The notes under the pieces are model-generated. The model was not told where the DNA came from. It ran no database searches and saw only the letters and a program-made list of their open reading frames with translations. The translations under genes and the position numbers were made by a program. Below are positions 11,977-26,700 of a stretch of 64,000 nucleotides of DNA, in pieces. Each line of letters starts with the position of its first letter. Position 1 is the first letter of the stretch. Source of the DNA: Basidiobolus meristosporus CBS 931.73 (taxonomy: Eukaryota > Fungi > Basidiobolomycota); NCBI GenBank assembly GCA_002104905.1, contig MCFE01000411.1, positions 15,758-79,757 on the forward strand. The letters run 5' to 3'.

Positions 11977-12933
11977 TGTTGTAAAAGTTAGTAGCTCTAT
12001 CTAAGTACTCACTTAAGCTAGTCACTTAGAGCATTACCTACAAATCTTGTAGAGAACTGACTAAATTCCTTGTTGGGACCAACTTTAAGAATTTTCATGA
12101 TTTGTGTATCTGGCATTTTAGTGAAAATTTTCTAAGTTGTGCAAACAGTCCCAAGCTTTGCACACATGCTCCTGAGGCCTTCCTTAGCCTATTCAATATG
12201 GTTGTTAGGCCTAGACTATGTAAAAGTATAAACACTACTTTTCATTCAATATATATTATTAAGTGAAAATCAAATAATCATCTTATTCTCCCAATCGCTT
12301 CCAATATTTCCAAGACTCTTACAACAGGTTATGAGCCCCAAGCTGTCACTCTCTGCAATGTCTACCAGTGGTATTACTGGAATATTTCCCCCTGTAGAAA
12401 AGTTGGATGGATCTAACTACCATGTGTTGAAGGTGAAGATGAAGATGCCGCTAGAAGAAAGAGGCCTTCGGGATATTGTCATTGGAGAAGAATGTCCTCA
12501 TAAAAGTATGGGGGAGGAAGCTTTAAAGTACCACAAGAAAAAGCAAAGTGCCTTTAACTGCATTTGCCTTAGTGTCAATAACAAATTGCTAATTCAATGC
12601 TCAAGAGCAAAAACAGCAAAGAATGCCTGTAAGGCATTAAAAGACACCTACCAATCATGTTCAGCTGCTAAGAAATGTATCTTGGACAAAATTTTTCTAC
12701 TGCAAAGATGCTGCCAGGAGAAGAAATGAGAAATTTATTTTACAGATTACCCTTCTGGTGGATGAGATGGAAGCTGTGGGCATACCAGCTATTGAGGAGG
12801 AAGTAATAGTTACCATCCTGAATAGCCAGACAGACATGTTTCAGGGCCTTGTATCCGCCTTGGAGTCCAGAACTGAAGATTTGACCTTAAGTTACATATA
12901 TGGAAGAGTCCTTGATGAAAAATTCAGAAAATC

Positions 12934-15900
12934 TGTTGTAAGAGTCTTGGAGATATTGGAAGTGATTTGGAGAACAAGTAGATTATGTGGTTTTCACTTA
13001 ATGATTTATTGAATGCAAAGTAGTATTTATACTTTTACCAGGTCTTGGCATTACAAACACGTAGAATAGGTTAAGGAAGGTCCCAAGAACATGTGTGCAA
13101 AGTTTGGGGCTGTTTGGACAACTTTGAGAATTTTCATGTTCTGGGTACCTGGTATTTTGGTGAAAATATTCTAAGTAAATCCCAACAAGGAATTTGGTCA
13201 GTATTCTCTAGGATTTGAAGGTGATGATCCAAGTGACTAAGTTAGGTGAATATTTAGGTGGAAATACAAGTTTTTACAACACTCCCACTCAGCTAAATGT
13301 TCATACTGACTAGTCCTAATTTTGACCTAAGATATTCAAACTTGTCTCTAGCTAATGGTTTGGTAAATATGTCTGCAATCAATTCATCTGTATGACAGTA
13401 AACTAAGCTAACTAAGTTATTCTCTATAGCTTCTTGTATGAAATGATGTCTAATATCTATGTGCTTGGTTCTAGCATGAAAAGTTGGATTTCTACCTAAT
13501 TGTATACATCCTTGATTATCTTGAAATAAAGTAATAGGCGTTTTTCAACATAGGCCTAAATCTGTAAAGAGCTTTCTTAACCACATTGCTTCTTTTGTAG
13601 CTTCACTGGCTGCTATATACTCTGCCTCTGTAGTGGAAAGTGCTACGGTTGGTTGCTTTCTTGAATTCCATGAAATGGCTCCTTTACAGTAAAGAAAGGT
13701 GTATCCTGTGCTGGATCTTCTGTCTTCTAAATTTCGTCCCCAATCAGCACCAGAGTATCCTACAAGATCCTGTTCTGAATCCTTATTAGTGTATCTTAAG
13801 CAGATATCAGCAGTTCCTTTTAGGTATCTAAAAATCTGCTTAACTGCTGCAATATGATCAGATCCATAATTCTGATTATGTTGGCTGACAACTCCCACTG
13901 AATATGAGATATCTGGACGTGTTCCAAGCATTATATACATCAGACTGCCGACCATAGATTGATAAGGAAAGTCAGGGCTTTCAGATGGCACCAAGCTCTC
14001 TTGATTTGGTTGAGTTTTGACCAAGTTAAGGTTTGTCTCCATTGGGGTAGCTGCTGGTTTACAGTCTTCCATTTTGTACTTCTTTAGTATATCTTAAATA
14101 TACTTGGATTGGCTTAGGGTAATAGTCTGGGTACTTCTGTCTATGGAGAACTTAATCCCTAAGTAGTAACTAAGTTCTCCTAAATCAGACATCTTGAACT
14201 CCTTAGATAGGCTGGATTTAGTCTCTTCCAATGTTTCTAGGTTATTGGCGGCTATAATAAGATCATCCACATATAGAGCTAATAGAACTGGATTTGCTCT
14301 ATCTGGCTTATAATATATACTATAGTCAGCATTACTTCTTTTGAAACTCAAGGATTCCAAATAAGAATCTATCTTGCAATTCCAGGCTCTTGGTGATTGT
14401 TTGAGACCATATAGTGACTTTTTAAGCTTGCAGACCAAATGGGCGTTATCTTGGTCAACAAACCCATCAGGCTGGTCCATATACACGTCCTCATCAAGTT
14501 CTCCATTCAAAAATGCAGTTTTTACATCCATTTGATGAATAAAAAACTTATATTTGGCTGCAATAGCCAATATTAATCTGATGGAATTAAACTTGGCTAC
14601 CGGTGCAAAGGTCTCAGTATAGTCAAGTCCTTTTGTTTGAGAGTATCCTTTGGCCACAAGTCTTGCTTTGTATCTTTCAATTGTACCATCAGCCTTGTAT
14701 TTTGTCTTGAAGACCCATCTGCATCCAATTGATTTTCGGTTGATTGGTAATTTGACTAAGTCCCAAGTTCAATTATCCATCAGTGCCTGATATTCCTCAG
14801 ACATTGCAGATCTCCAAAACTTTGTCTGAGGGCTATTAAGGGCCTCTTTTACAGTCTGGGGTTCATCAATATGGACTGAATAGGCATAGGCTAAGTTTGT
14901 ACCCTCATTGATATAGTAATTTGGGCTATTTCTTGTCCGATTGGATCTCCGGGCATTTGATACTGGAATGATCACTTCTGGGATATTCCTGGGCACTGAT
15001 TCTGGCTGAACCACGGTTATAGAGTCCTCTGGAGTGAAGAAATTTTCATTGTTTTGCTCTGATTCAATCCTGACAATTGGTGGACTTGAGATCAAATTTT
15101 CGTCATCATCTGATGTCATTTTTTGTGAAAATTTTAAATTTTCATCAAACAACACATCCCTGGACTTGATCAGCTTCTTTGCCTCTGTATTGTAGAGTCT
15201 GTATGCCTTACTCTCATTGCAGTAGCCCATAAATATGCATTTCTCACTTTTTGGCTCAAATTTTCACTGATTTTGGCCGGTTTTTTGGCATATGCTGTAC
15301 ACCCAAATATTCTTAGATGTTCTGCACTTGGTCTGTATCCATACCATGCCTCAAATGGAGTAGAATCACGAAGTATTCTGTTATAACTCTTATTTTCAAG
15401 GTATACAGCACTGGCAACTGATTCCGCCCAAAAATCATAGGATAATTTTTGATCATAGATCTTGCCATATCAATTATTGATCTGTTAGCTTGTTTTGCTA
15501 CTCCATTTTGCTGTGGGGAGTATGGTACAGTAATCTCTTGCTTTATCCCATGCATTTTGCAGAAGTGGATGAAGAGTTTTGAGGTATATTCTCCACCATT
15601 GTCAGAGCATATTTTCTTGATTTTTTCACCAGTTTCTCTCTCCACCATGGCTTTAAACTCCCGGAGCTTAGACAGAGCTTCTTCCTTTCTCTCCATGAAG
15701 TAGACCCATGTGTATCTTGTATAATCTTCAATAAAAGTGATTAAATACTTCATCCCGCCTAAGGATAAATTTTGCATAGGTCCACACAGATCTGAGTGAA
15801 TTAGATCTAATTTTTTCTTAGTTTTGATTAGCCCAGAGCTCTTGAACGGTTGTCTGGCTTGTTTCCCATATATGCAGGCTTTTCAGTGCTCCAAATTAGC

Positions 15901-17606
15901 TGGGGGATCAATTTTCACTCCAGAAATTAGCTGATCTTTGGTCATTTTGCGCAAATAATCAAAATTGATGTGTCCAAATCTCCTGTGCCAAAGCATTGGT
16001 GTTTCTTCATTTAAGTTACTTAAATTGGCTTCCAGATATGATGGAATATAAGTCAACTTGTATAGATTCTGATCTCTGATGCCCAAAGCAATATGGGCAC
16101 CATTTTGATCAGTGATCCTGCATCCAGAATTGTCAAAACTGAAACCGAGTCCTTCTGCTGTGGCCTTGCTTACAGAGAGTAGGTTCTTGGCTATTTCTGG
16201 CACATAGAGTACTTTTTTAAAGGTCATTGTATGGCTGCCTTCACTGCTTCTAAGGTTTACTTGGATAGTTCCTTCTCCCACTGCATCAAGTGTTCTATTG
16301 TCACATATGAAAACCTTCTTAATTGGAATTTCTTGATATTTGGTAAGAAGTTCTTTTTGGTTTGTAAAGTGTTGAGAAGCTCCAGAGTCAATATACCACG
16401 TCTGAGAATCCTTGTTTGTGGTCATATTTAGTGCAGATATGAATAGTCTATCTTCAGTTGTTACAGTATTTCCATATTCAGGCTTCTTTTGCTGTTAATC
16501 TCTCTTTTTGAAACACCGGTCTGATGTGTGTCCTTTCCTCTTGCAGTAGTTGCAAAATAGGTTGCTGTTGCCTTTGTAGGGTCTTGGGTACCTCCTTAGT
16601 TGGTTATCATTGCTTATTAATGCATTTTCTTCTTCCTTCTTATTGGTACTTGATTTTCTTAATTCTTCATCCAGGAGCCTTCCATGTACGTAATTTAAGG
16701 TCATATCTTCAGTTCTGGACTCTAGGGCTGATACAAGGCCCTGAAACTTGTCTTTCAGGCTATTCAGGATGGTAACTATCACCTCCTCATCAGTAGTTGG
16801 TACACCCACAGATTCCATCTCATCTACCAGCAGGGTAATTCTGTTAATTAGATTTTTCATTTCTTCTCCTGGCAGCATCTTTGTAGTAAAGAATTTTTGT
16901 CTCAGATACATTTTCTTGGCAGCTGAACATGACTGGTAGGTGTATTCCAATGCTTTCCAGGCATTTTTTGCCTTTTTGCTCTTGAGCATTGAATTAGCAA
17001 TTTGTCCTTGACATTAAGGCAAATGCAGTTAAAGGCACTTTGTTCTTTCTTCTGGTACTTTAAGGCTTCCTCTCCCACATTTTTAGGAGGGCATTCTTCT
17101 CCCATGACAATATCCCAACGGCCTCTTTCTTGTAGCAGCATCTTCATCTCACCTTCCACACTTGGTAGTTAGATCCATCCAACTTTTCAGCAGAGGGAAA
17201 AATTCCAGTAATAGCAGTAGTAGACATTGCAGAGAGTGACAGCTCGGGGCTCATAACCTGTTGTAAGAGTCTTGGAGATATCGGAAGTGATTTGGAGAAC
17301 AAGTAGATTATGTGGTTTTCACTTAATGATTTATTGAATGCAAAGTAGTATTTATACTTTTACCAGGTCTTGGCATTACAAACACGTAGAATAGGTTAAG
17401 GAAGGTCCCAAGAACATGTGTGCAAAGTTTGGGGCTGTTTGGACAACTTTGAGAATTTTCATGTTCTGGGTACCTGGTATTTAGGTGAAAATATTCTAAG
17501 TAAATCCCAACAAGGAATTTGGTCAGTATTCTCTAGGATTTGAAGGTGATGATCCAAGTGACTAAGTTAGGTGAATATTTAGGTGGAAATACAAATTTTT
17601 ACACCA
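12934..17606 (-). mobile_element. Full-length copia copy B (4673 bp), the youngest copia here, coding region broken
   Basis: LTRs 12934-13281 and 17259-17606 with 4 differences by eye; TSD AAATC (12929-12933, 17607-17611); PBS 17247-17258; PPT 13282-13292. All gag-PR-IN-RT-RH motifs are present but split over at least 7 ORF fragments. Confidence 0.97.
17247..17258 (-). promoter_or_regulatory. Primer-binding site GGTTATGAGCCC, complementary to the tRNAiMet anticodon arm
   Basis: Directly abuts the 5' LTR. Exact reverse complement of GGGCUCAUAACC in fungal initiator tRNA-Met. Confidence 0.9.
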
Positions 17607-18181
17607 AAATCAAGCGTCAATAAGAAGGAAGAAGAAAATGCTTTAATAAGCAATGATAACTAATAAAGAGATACCCTTGACCTTTTAAAGGCAATTGCAA
17701 CCTGTTTTGCAACTACTGCAAATGAAATGGACACACATCTCACCAGGGCCTGAAAAAGAGAGATAGCCAGCAGAGAAGCCAGAATATAGAAATGCTGAAA
17801 CAACTGATGATAAACTATTCATATCTGCACTAAATATAACCACAAAAAATGATTCTCAGATGTGGTAACTTGACTCTGGGGCATCTCAACACTTTCCCTA
17901 TGAGAAGTTATTGTGATGGTCCCATCAAAAGGCCTTCACAATTTCAAAGTCAGGTGACTAAGAGGTACTGGTCCCATCATGACACCATGTAGAGGCCATT
18001 AAAAATAATTGCACCCCAGATTTCACAAAAACTTGGCCCAAATTTTTCATTTCAACAATATTTTAGTAGGTTTTGATTGGTTCCCTGCCAATTTGTTCAC
18101 TTTCTGATCCTGGACATTCAATCACCTCCTATGTTTGTGTACAGTGAGTGGTTATTGTCTCTTTTTCATACTTGTTACTTC

Positions 18182-19000
18182 TGTTGTAAGAGTCTTGGAG
18201 ATATTGGAGTAATTGGGAGGACATGTAGATAATGTGGTTTTTACTTCATGATTTATTGAATGTAAAAGTAGTATTTATACTTTTACATGGTCTTGGCATT
18301 AAAAACACATAGAATAGGTTTAGGAAGGTCCCAGGAACATGTGCGCAAAGTTTGGAGCTGTTTGGACAACTTTTAGAATTTTCATGTTCTGGGTACCTGA
18401 TATATTGGTGAAAATATTCTAAGTAAATCCTGACAAGGAATTTAGTCAGTATTCCCTAGGATTTGAAGGTAACAATCCAAGCAACTAAGTCAAGTGAATA
18501 TATAGGTGGAATTACAAATTTTTACAACACTCCCACTCAGCTAGATGTTCATACTGGCTAGTACTAATTTTGACCTAAGATATTCAAACTTGTCTCTAGC
18601 TAATGGTTTGGTAAATGTGACTGCAATCATTTCATCTGAAGGACAGTATACTAAGATAGCTAAGTTACTCTCTATAGCTTCACATATGAAATGATGTCTA
18701 ATTTCTATGTGCTCAGCTTTAGCATGAAAAGTTGGATTTCTACCTAATTGTATGCATCCTTGATTATCTTGAAATAAAGTAATAGGTGTTTTTAGACATA
18801 GGCCTAAATCTGTAAAAAGCTTTCTTAACCACATTGCTTCTTTGATAGCTTCACAGGCTGCCATATACTCTGCCTCTGTGGTAGAAAGTGTTATGGTTGG
18901 TTGTCTTCTTGAATTCCATGAAATTACTCCTTTACAGTAAAGAAAGGTGTATCCTGTGGTGGATCTTCTGTCTTCCAAATATTGTCCCCAATCAGCATCT
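18182..19000 (-). mobile_element. Copia 3' fragment D (RNase H, PPT, 3' LTR 18182-18529)
   Basis: ORF 18541-18978 encodes copia RH; ctgagtgggag PPT at 18530-18540. Confidence 0.9.
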
Positions 19001-20573
19001 GAGCTCTTGACATTGTAGCCTTGTCTGTCAGTGGGACCTCAACTATGTCAACAATGGAGGATGCAGAGGCTGTGGTAGACAAATTGCCTTTCTCTGCAAA
19101 CTCATCTACCTTGGTGGAGTGTAGCTCAACAGCCTGAGCTTCCAACTCTGGTGGAAATAGCTGTTTTCTTGCTGGTAATTCTTCTTGGCCATGATGAGAT
19201 TCAGCCTGTTCCAGGATTACAGCATTCATTGGCAATAGCTGCAGTTTTTTTTGTATGCTTCCCTGTCTCAGGCTTGAGTAGACACTTTTCCCTTTACCTT
19301 CTCCTTTATCACTGCCAGGTCTTTCACTTCTACTTTTTCTGAGTGCTTCTTGTAAGGAATTATATTTTCTCTTTGCTAAATTCTGCTCAAACGCAGCTGT
19401 TTTGTCCTACTTGTCCCTTGCTGGCACTGTCCTTGCAACTTGACATTTCTTTACCACTTGTTTTGAGCCCTCAGCTGTAGTTGTAATAGGCTCATGAGAA
19501 AGCCACTTGTCCCTTAATGGCACTCTTCCAGCTACCTGGCATCTCCTTGATGCTTGCTTGGAGCTTTTGGCCCTGCTTGTATAAGGCTCTTGAGGAAGCT
19601 GCTGGTTTTTAGCCATAGCACCCTTGTACTGCTGCCTTTGATAGTTTCTGCTAATCTTGAGATACTTTGTTAGCATACCAATACTGGCCCAAAATCTGTT
19701 TGCTTACTTGAATCCAGGATAATGCTCATGGAGCAAGTCAGCAGCTTTCTGCTGGGCCTTGAGTTCCTTATGATCCCATGGTATACTGGCCTTACGGTGT
19801 TGGCATGCTAGACTTCTAATGGCCTCTTGGATATTTGCCACCTCTTCATCACTGCAATCAACAGCTTCACATATGTTCAATGTCTTTTGATTTATAGGCT
19901 TTGGTATAAACACTACATTTTCTCCCTGCTATGTTGTGATAGATTTTCTATAGGCTTTATGTTTGAGCAGTGTTGTTGTGCTTGAAAGACTGTACAGTGG
20001 TTGTCTGCTATTACAGTGCAAAATGGCACAATTCTTGGCTGTAGCATTGAGCTACTTGAGTTCCTTCTTTGCAGCAAAGATACTGCTTTCTCTACCTGGG
20101 ATATAGATTGATCTATACCTTTTATCCACTCATCCTGTTTCTGAACTCTTTCTTGACTTCTCTGGGCCATTGCATCTATCCTATTAGCTACAGTGCCTGA
20201 TTACCTCTTTAATGCTTTGGCATGAGCTGACAACAGACTTGCTAATATGAGTGGTGGCAATGTTATGACAGCCACTTAATGGTCTGCAACTGAAGGTACT
20301 GCTGTTGCTACATTCTCATCTGCCTCAGTACTGTGGCCAGCTTGCAGCTCTGCAGAGATTTTCAATTGACTGAGAGCCTGCAGTGTCTGCATTATTACAA
20401 TCAATGGACACACTGTCCACAGGGCCTTCTTTGGTTGTAGCCCCACTTGTTGCACTGAATCTCAAAGCAAGCTTTTGTCTAACTGTTCTTCTGCTCCTAT
20501 CAGTAGTGAGGTTTGGTTGGGAACCCAACAACTTTGTCTTATTTTTGGCCACATATATACAGAAGTGAGTCAA
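19000..20573 (-). pseudogene. Decayed CACTA accessory ORF of unknown function, divergent from the transposase
   Basis: Track ORFs 20325-20573, 19913-20170, 19704-19913 and 19407-19676 line up with homologous fragments at 37588-38903, which indicates one frameshifted gene. Confidence 0.6.
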
Positions 20574-20776
20574 ACTAAAGGAGAGATGGTGTTACATAAA
20601 CATGTGTAAGTGGTGCCACAACATTATTTATGATGCTTACTATGACAGGTCATTGTTAAATCTTACATTTATGTAGGTGCAATGACTTAAATAGAAGAAT
20701 GCCTTGGATTCACCTGAGTATTGACAAAAAAATGATCTAAAAGTGTTATGTTGCTGAGTGTCAAACTGTTTGCCAT

Positions 20777-23700
20777 ATGGAAAAGACTACTTTGATGCAA
20801 CGCCATAAGAGAAGAGAAAAAAGTCCATGTGGTAATTGTAGCCAGCCTCTCAGTCATGAAAAACATATACAGTATAGGAAGTATTACAGGGATCTTGGCC
20901 AGTGTTTTGCCGCTCAAGTCATATTTGACCACTTGCCAGTGACTACTGCACCAACATCATCTTGCCAGCCACTTGATACCTCTATAATGACATCTGGCCA
21001 TACTTGTCACCATGTGCAAACTGAGTCAGGTGAGTTTGTGACACCTCTAGGCTTGCCCCAGCTTTCTGAATATTGCATACAGAGTGACAGACCTGAAGCA
21101 GCAGGCTCATGGATAGATTGTGAGCTTTTCTCCCTAACAACAGTATCCGGCATTAGCTTGACAAAATCCCATTATGCAATGAGATAATACAAATGGAAAA
21201 AAATGCTAAGGATGATTTATGGAGTCAAGCAAGGACAGTATTCATCTACTGGTGAACAATGTGATGTTGTGGCTAGAGAAGTAGCTCATTTCCACTAATA
21301 TCAGTAGTAGGGGCTTTGGGGTTCCACTACTACTTCTTGCCAAAATCATCCGGGGATGCAACTTGCCATGTACATGGTATGAATCAACAACCATCATGTG
21401 GCTGGCAACATATGACCCAGAGACTGTTGTGATACCTGTTGTAAAGATTTGTATTTCCACCTGAATATTCACTTAATTTAGTCACTTGAATCATTACCTT
21501 CAAATCCTAGAGAATACTGACCAAATTCCTTGTCAGGATTTACTTAGAATATTTTCACCAAAATACCAGGTACCCAGAACATGAAAATTCTCAAGGTTGT
21601 CCAAACAGCTCCAATCTTTGCAAGCATCTTTTTGGGACCTTCCTAGACCTATTCTATGTGTTTGTAATGCCAAGACCGTGTCAAAGTATAAATACTACTT
21701 TTACATTCAATAAATCATTAAGTGAAAACTCATAATCTACTTAAGATATGCAAGAGGGAGCCTTAAAGTACCAGAAGAAAGAACAAAGTGCCTTTAACTG
21801 CATTTGCCTTAATGTTAAAGACAAATTGCTAATTCAATGCTCAAGAGCAAAAATGGCAAAGAAAGCCTGGAAGGCATTAGAAGACACCTACCAGTCATGT
21901 TCAGCTGCTAAGAAAATGTATCTGAGACAAAAATGTTTTACTACAAAGATGTAGCCAGGAGAAGAAATGAAAAATCTAATTCACAGAATTACCCTGCTGG
22001 TGGATGAAACAGAATCTGTGGGTGTACCAGCTACTAATGCAGATGTGATGGTTACCATCCTGAATAGCCTGACAGACAAGTTTCAGGGCCTTATATCAGC
22101 CCTAGGGTCCAGAACTGAAGATTTAACCTTAATTTATGTATTTGGAAGGCTCCTGGATAAAGAATTAAGAAAATCAAGCACCAAAAAGAAGGAAGAAGAA
22201 AATGCTTTAATAAGCAATGTTAACCAACAAAGGAGGTACCCAAGACCCTACAAAGATAGCAGCAACCTGTTTTGCAACTACTGCAAAGGTAAGGACACAC
22301 ATCAGACCAGTGTCTCAAAAAGAGAGATAGTCAGCTGAAAAAGCCTTAATATTGAAATGCTGCAACAACTGAAGATAAAATATTCATATCTGCACTAAAT
22401 ATGACCACAAACAAGGATTCTCAGACGTGGTATATTGACTCTGGAGCATATCAACACTTTACACACCAAAAGAACTTTTTACCCAATACCAAGAAATTCC
22501 AATTAAGAAGGTTTTCTGGGTGACAATAGAACACTTGATGCAGTGGGAGAAGGAACTATCCAAGTAAATCTTCAAACAGTGAAGGAAGCCATACACTGAC
22601 TTTTAAAGAAGTACTCTATGTACCAGAAATAGCCAAGAACCTAATATCTTTAAGCAAGGCCACTGGAGAAGGACTTAATTTCAGCTTTGATAATTCTGGA
22701 TGCAAGATCACTGATCAAAATGGTGCCCATACTGCTATGGGTATCAGAGATCAGAGTCTATATAAGTTAGCTTATATTCCATCATATTTGGAAGCCAATA
22801 TTAGTAACTTGAATGAAGAAACACCAATGCTTTGGCACAGAAGATTTGGACACATCAATTTTGATTATTAGCGCAAAAAGAACAAAGATCAGCTAATTTC
22901 TGGAGTAAATTTGATCCCCCAGCTAATTTGGTGCACTGTGAAGCCTGCATATATGGGAAACAAGCTGGACAACTGTTCAAGAGCTCTGGGCTAATCAAAA
23001 CTAAGAAAAAATTAGATCTAGTTCACTCAGATCCGTGTGGACCAATGGAAAAATTATCCTAAGGTGGGATGAAGTATTTAATCACTTTTATTGATGATTA
23101 TACAAGATACACGTGGGTCTACTTCATGGAGAGAAAGGAAGAAGCTCTGTCTAATTTGAGGGAGCTCAAAGCCATGGTGGAGAGAGAAACTGGTGAAAAA
23201 ATCAAGTAAATATGCTGTGACAATGGTGGACAATATACCTCAAAACTCTTCATCCACTTCTGCAAAATTCATGGGATAAAGCAAGAGACTATTGTACCAT
23301 ACTCCTCACAGCAAAATGGAGTAGCAGAATGTGCTAACAGATCAATAATTGATATGGCAAGATCTGTGATCCATGATCAAGAATTTTCCTATGATTTTTG
23401 GGTGGAATTGGTTGCCACTGCTGTATATCTTGAAAATAAGAGTTATAACAGAATACTTTGTGATTCTACTCCATGTGAAGCACAGTATAGATACAGACCA
23501 AGTGCAGAACATCTAAGAGTATTTGGGTGTACAGCATATGCCAAGAAACTGCCCAGAAATCAGTCAAAATTTAAACCAAAAAGTGTGAAATGCATATTTT
23601 TGGGCTACTGCAATGAGAGTAAGGCATACAGACTCTACAATACCAAAGCTAAGAAGCTAATCAAGTCCAGGGACGTATTGTTTGATGAAAGTTTAAATTT

Positions 23701-26700
23701 TCACAAAAAATGACATCAGATGATGACAAAAATTGTATCTCAAGTCCACCAATTGCCAGGGTTGAATCAGAGCAAAACAATGAAAATTTTTCACTCCAGA
23801 GGACTCTAAAACCATGGTTCACCCTGAATCAGTGCCCAAGAATATCCCAGAAGCAATCATTCCAGTATTAAATGCCCAGAGATCCAATTGGAAAAGATAT
23901 AACCCATATTACTATATCAATGAGGGTACAAACTTAGCCTATGCATATTGAGTCCATATTGATGAGCCCCAGACTGTAAAAGAGGCCCTAAATAGACCTC
24001 AGACAAATTTTTGGAGATTTTCAATGACTGAGGAATATCATGCCCCAATGGGAAGTCAGACTTGGGACTTAGTCAAATTACCAATCAATCAAAAATCAAT
24101 TGGATGCAGATGGGTCTTCCAGACAAAATACAAGGCTGATAGTACAATTGAACAATATAAAGCAAGACTTGTGGCCAAAGGATACTCTCAAACAAAAGGA
24201 CTTGACTATACTGAGAACTTTGCACTGGTAGCCAAGTTTGATTCCATCAGATTAATATTGGCTACTGCAGCCAAATGTATTTTTTTATTCATCAAATGGA
24301 TGTAAAGACTGCATTTTTGAATGGAGAACTTGATGAGGATGTGTATATGGACCAGCCTGATGGGTTTATTGACCAAGATAACCCCTTTTGGTCTGCAAGC
24401 TTAAGGAGTCACTATATGGTCTCAAACAATCACCAAGAGCTTGGAATTGCAAGATAGATTCTTATCTGGAATCTTTGAGTTTCAAAAGGAGTAATGCTGA
24501 CTATAGTATATACTATAAGCCAGATAGAGCAAATCCAGTTCTATCAGCTCTATGTGTGGATGATCTTATTATAGCCACCACTAACCTAAAAGCATTGGAA
24601 GAGACTAAATCCTGCCAATCTAAGGAGTTCAAGATGTCTGATCTAGGAGAACTCAATTACTACTTATGGATTAAGTTCTGCATAGACAGAAGTACCCAGA
24701 CTATTACCACAAGTCAATCCAAGAATATTCAAGATATACTAAAGAAGTACAAAGTGGAAGACTTTAAACCAGCAGCTACCCCAATGGAGACAAATCTTGA
24801 CTTGGTCAGAACTCAACCAAATCAAGTGAGCTTGGTGCCATCTGAGAGCCCTGACTTTCCTTATCAATCTATGGAGGGCAGTTTGATGTATATCATGCTT
24901 GGAACATGTACAGATATCTCATATTCATTTGAGTTGTCAGCCAACATAATCAGAACTATGAATCGGATCATATTGTAGCAGTTAAGCAGATTTTTAGATA
25001 CCTAAAAGAAATTGCTGACTTTGGCTCAAGATATACTTATAAGGATTCAGAACTGGATCTTGTGGCATACTCTGATACTAATTGGGGACAAAATTTGGAA
25101 GACAGAAGATCCACCACAGGTTACACCTCTCTTTACTGTCAAGGAGCAATTTCATGGAATTCAAGAAAGCAACCAACCATAACACTTACTACTACTGAGG
25201 CAGAGTATATCGCAGCCTGCAAAACTACCAAAAAAGAAATGTGGTTAAGAAAAATTTTTAGAGATCTAGGCCTATGCCTAAAAACACCTATTACTTTATT
25301 TCAAGATAATCAAGGATGTATACAATTAGGTAGAAATCCAACTTTTCATGCTAAAGCTGAGCACATAGAAATTAGACATCATCTCATATGTGAAGCTATT
25401 GAGAATAACTTAGTTAGCTTAGTATACTGTCCTTCAGATGAAATGATTGCAGTCACACTTACCAAACCATTAGCTAGTGACAAGCTTGAATATTTTAGGT
25501 CAAAATTAGGACTAGCCTGTATGAACATTTAGCTGAGTGGGAGTGTTGTAAAAATTTGTAATCCTGCCTAAATATTCTCTTAACTTAGCCACTTGGATTG
25601 TTACCCTCAAATCTTAGGAAATATTGACCACATTCCTTGTCAGGATTTACTTAGACTATTTTCACCAATATACCAGGTACCCAGAACATGAACATTCTAA
25701 AAGTTGTCCTGACAGCTCCAAACTTTGCACACATGTTCCTGGGACCTTCCTAAACATATTCTATGTGTTTGTAATGCCAAGACCATGTAAAAGTATAAAT
25801 ACTACTCTTACATTCAATAAATCATGAAGTGAAAACCACATAATTTACTTGTTCTCCCAAATCACTTCCAATATCTTCAAGACTCTTACAACAATACCAG
25901 CATGTATTAGCAGCTGCTTGGGATTCACATCAGAAAATGCCACAATTGCAAGGTGCCCAACTTGTCAGGAATCTACTACCATTGGGGGGAAACATTGTAC
26001 ACACCCCATATATGTTCTAGTTATGCCCTGTCTAAAGAAGCTCATACTGCTCAACAAATAATGTGAAGCTATAGAGTCTCACACTCAGTATCAATCAAGC
26101 ATAAATACATCCAATATATTTGATGGCAAACATTACAAACAGCCAAGAAGCAAGGGCTATTTTCAAGGTATGCATGACCATGCCTTTACCTTGAGAGTTG
26201 ATGGAATCTTATTAAACAAGTGCATTGCCAGCAAATCCTGCTAGCCATTGATTCTCATCAACCTGAATCTGCCACCTATCTTACAGTATGAGAGCAGAAT
26301 TCTGATGGTAGGCTCACTGGTATCTGGGCCTAAATCACCATCCAACCTGGATAGCTATCTGTATCCATTGCTGGATGAATTTTGTATGCTTTCCAGCTGG
26401 ATAATGGTGAATAGGTGTCATGTCAAAGCGCATATCACTATCTGCATTGGAAAAACACCAGCCCTCAGCAGGTTAGCTAGCCTTTCTGGGAACAATGGAT
26501 GGTATTGCTGTTAAAAATGTGTGAGATCCAGAGGATTTACTCTATAACACACACACATTATTATTACCCAAACACAAACACTAATAAAATCATCTTCCCA
26601 CACATAGAACAAGCAGAAGTAAACATGCAATTGCAGCAAAGTTGGCAAGCTATAAGCCATTGGCCAGAATATGGAATTAATTAGAAGCCAGAGATACCTA

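Larger units (their letters stand above)
11977..17895 (+). mobile_element. Copia copy C (5' LTR 11977-12326, PBS, gag to PR start), interrupted by copy B and truncated at 17895
   Basis: LTR end ACAACA followed by PBS GGTTATGAGCCC (12327-12338); gag ORF 12331-12729. Gag resumes at 17612 after the AAATC duplication. Confidence 0.9.

Noticed and set aside
18541-25532. Shared KAEHIEI and PSDEMIAVT variants in inverted copies D and E as a third conversion tract
   Set aside because: Identity is not tract-like and the LTRs also share variants, so a common subfamily explains it.
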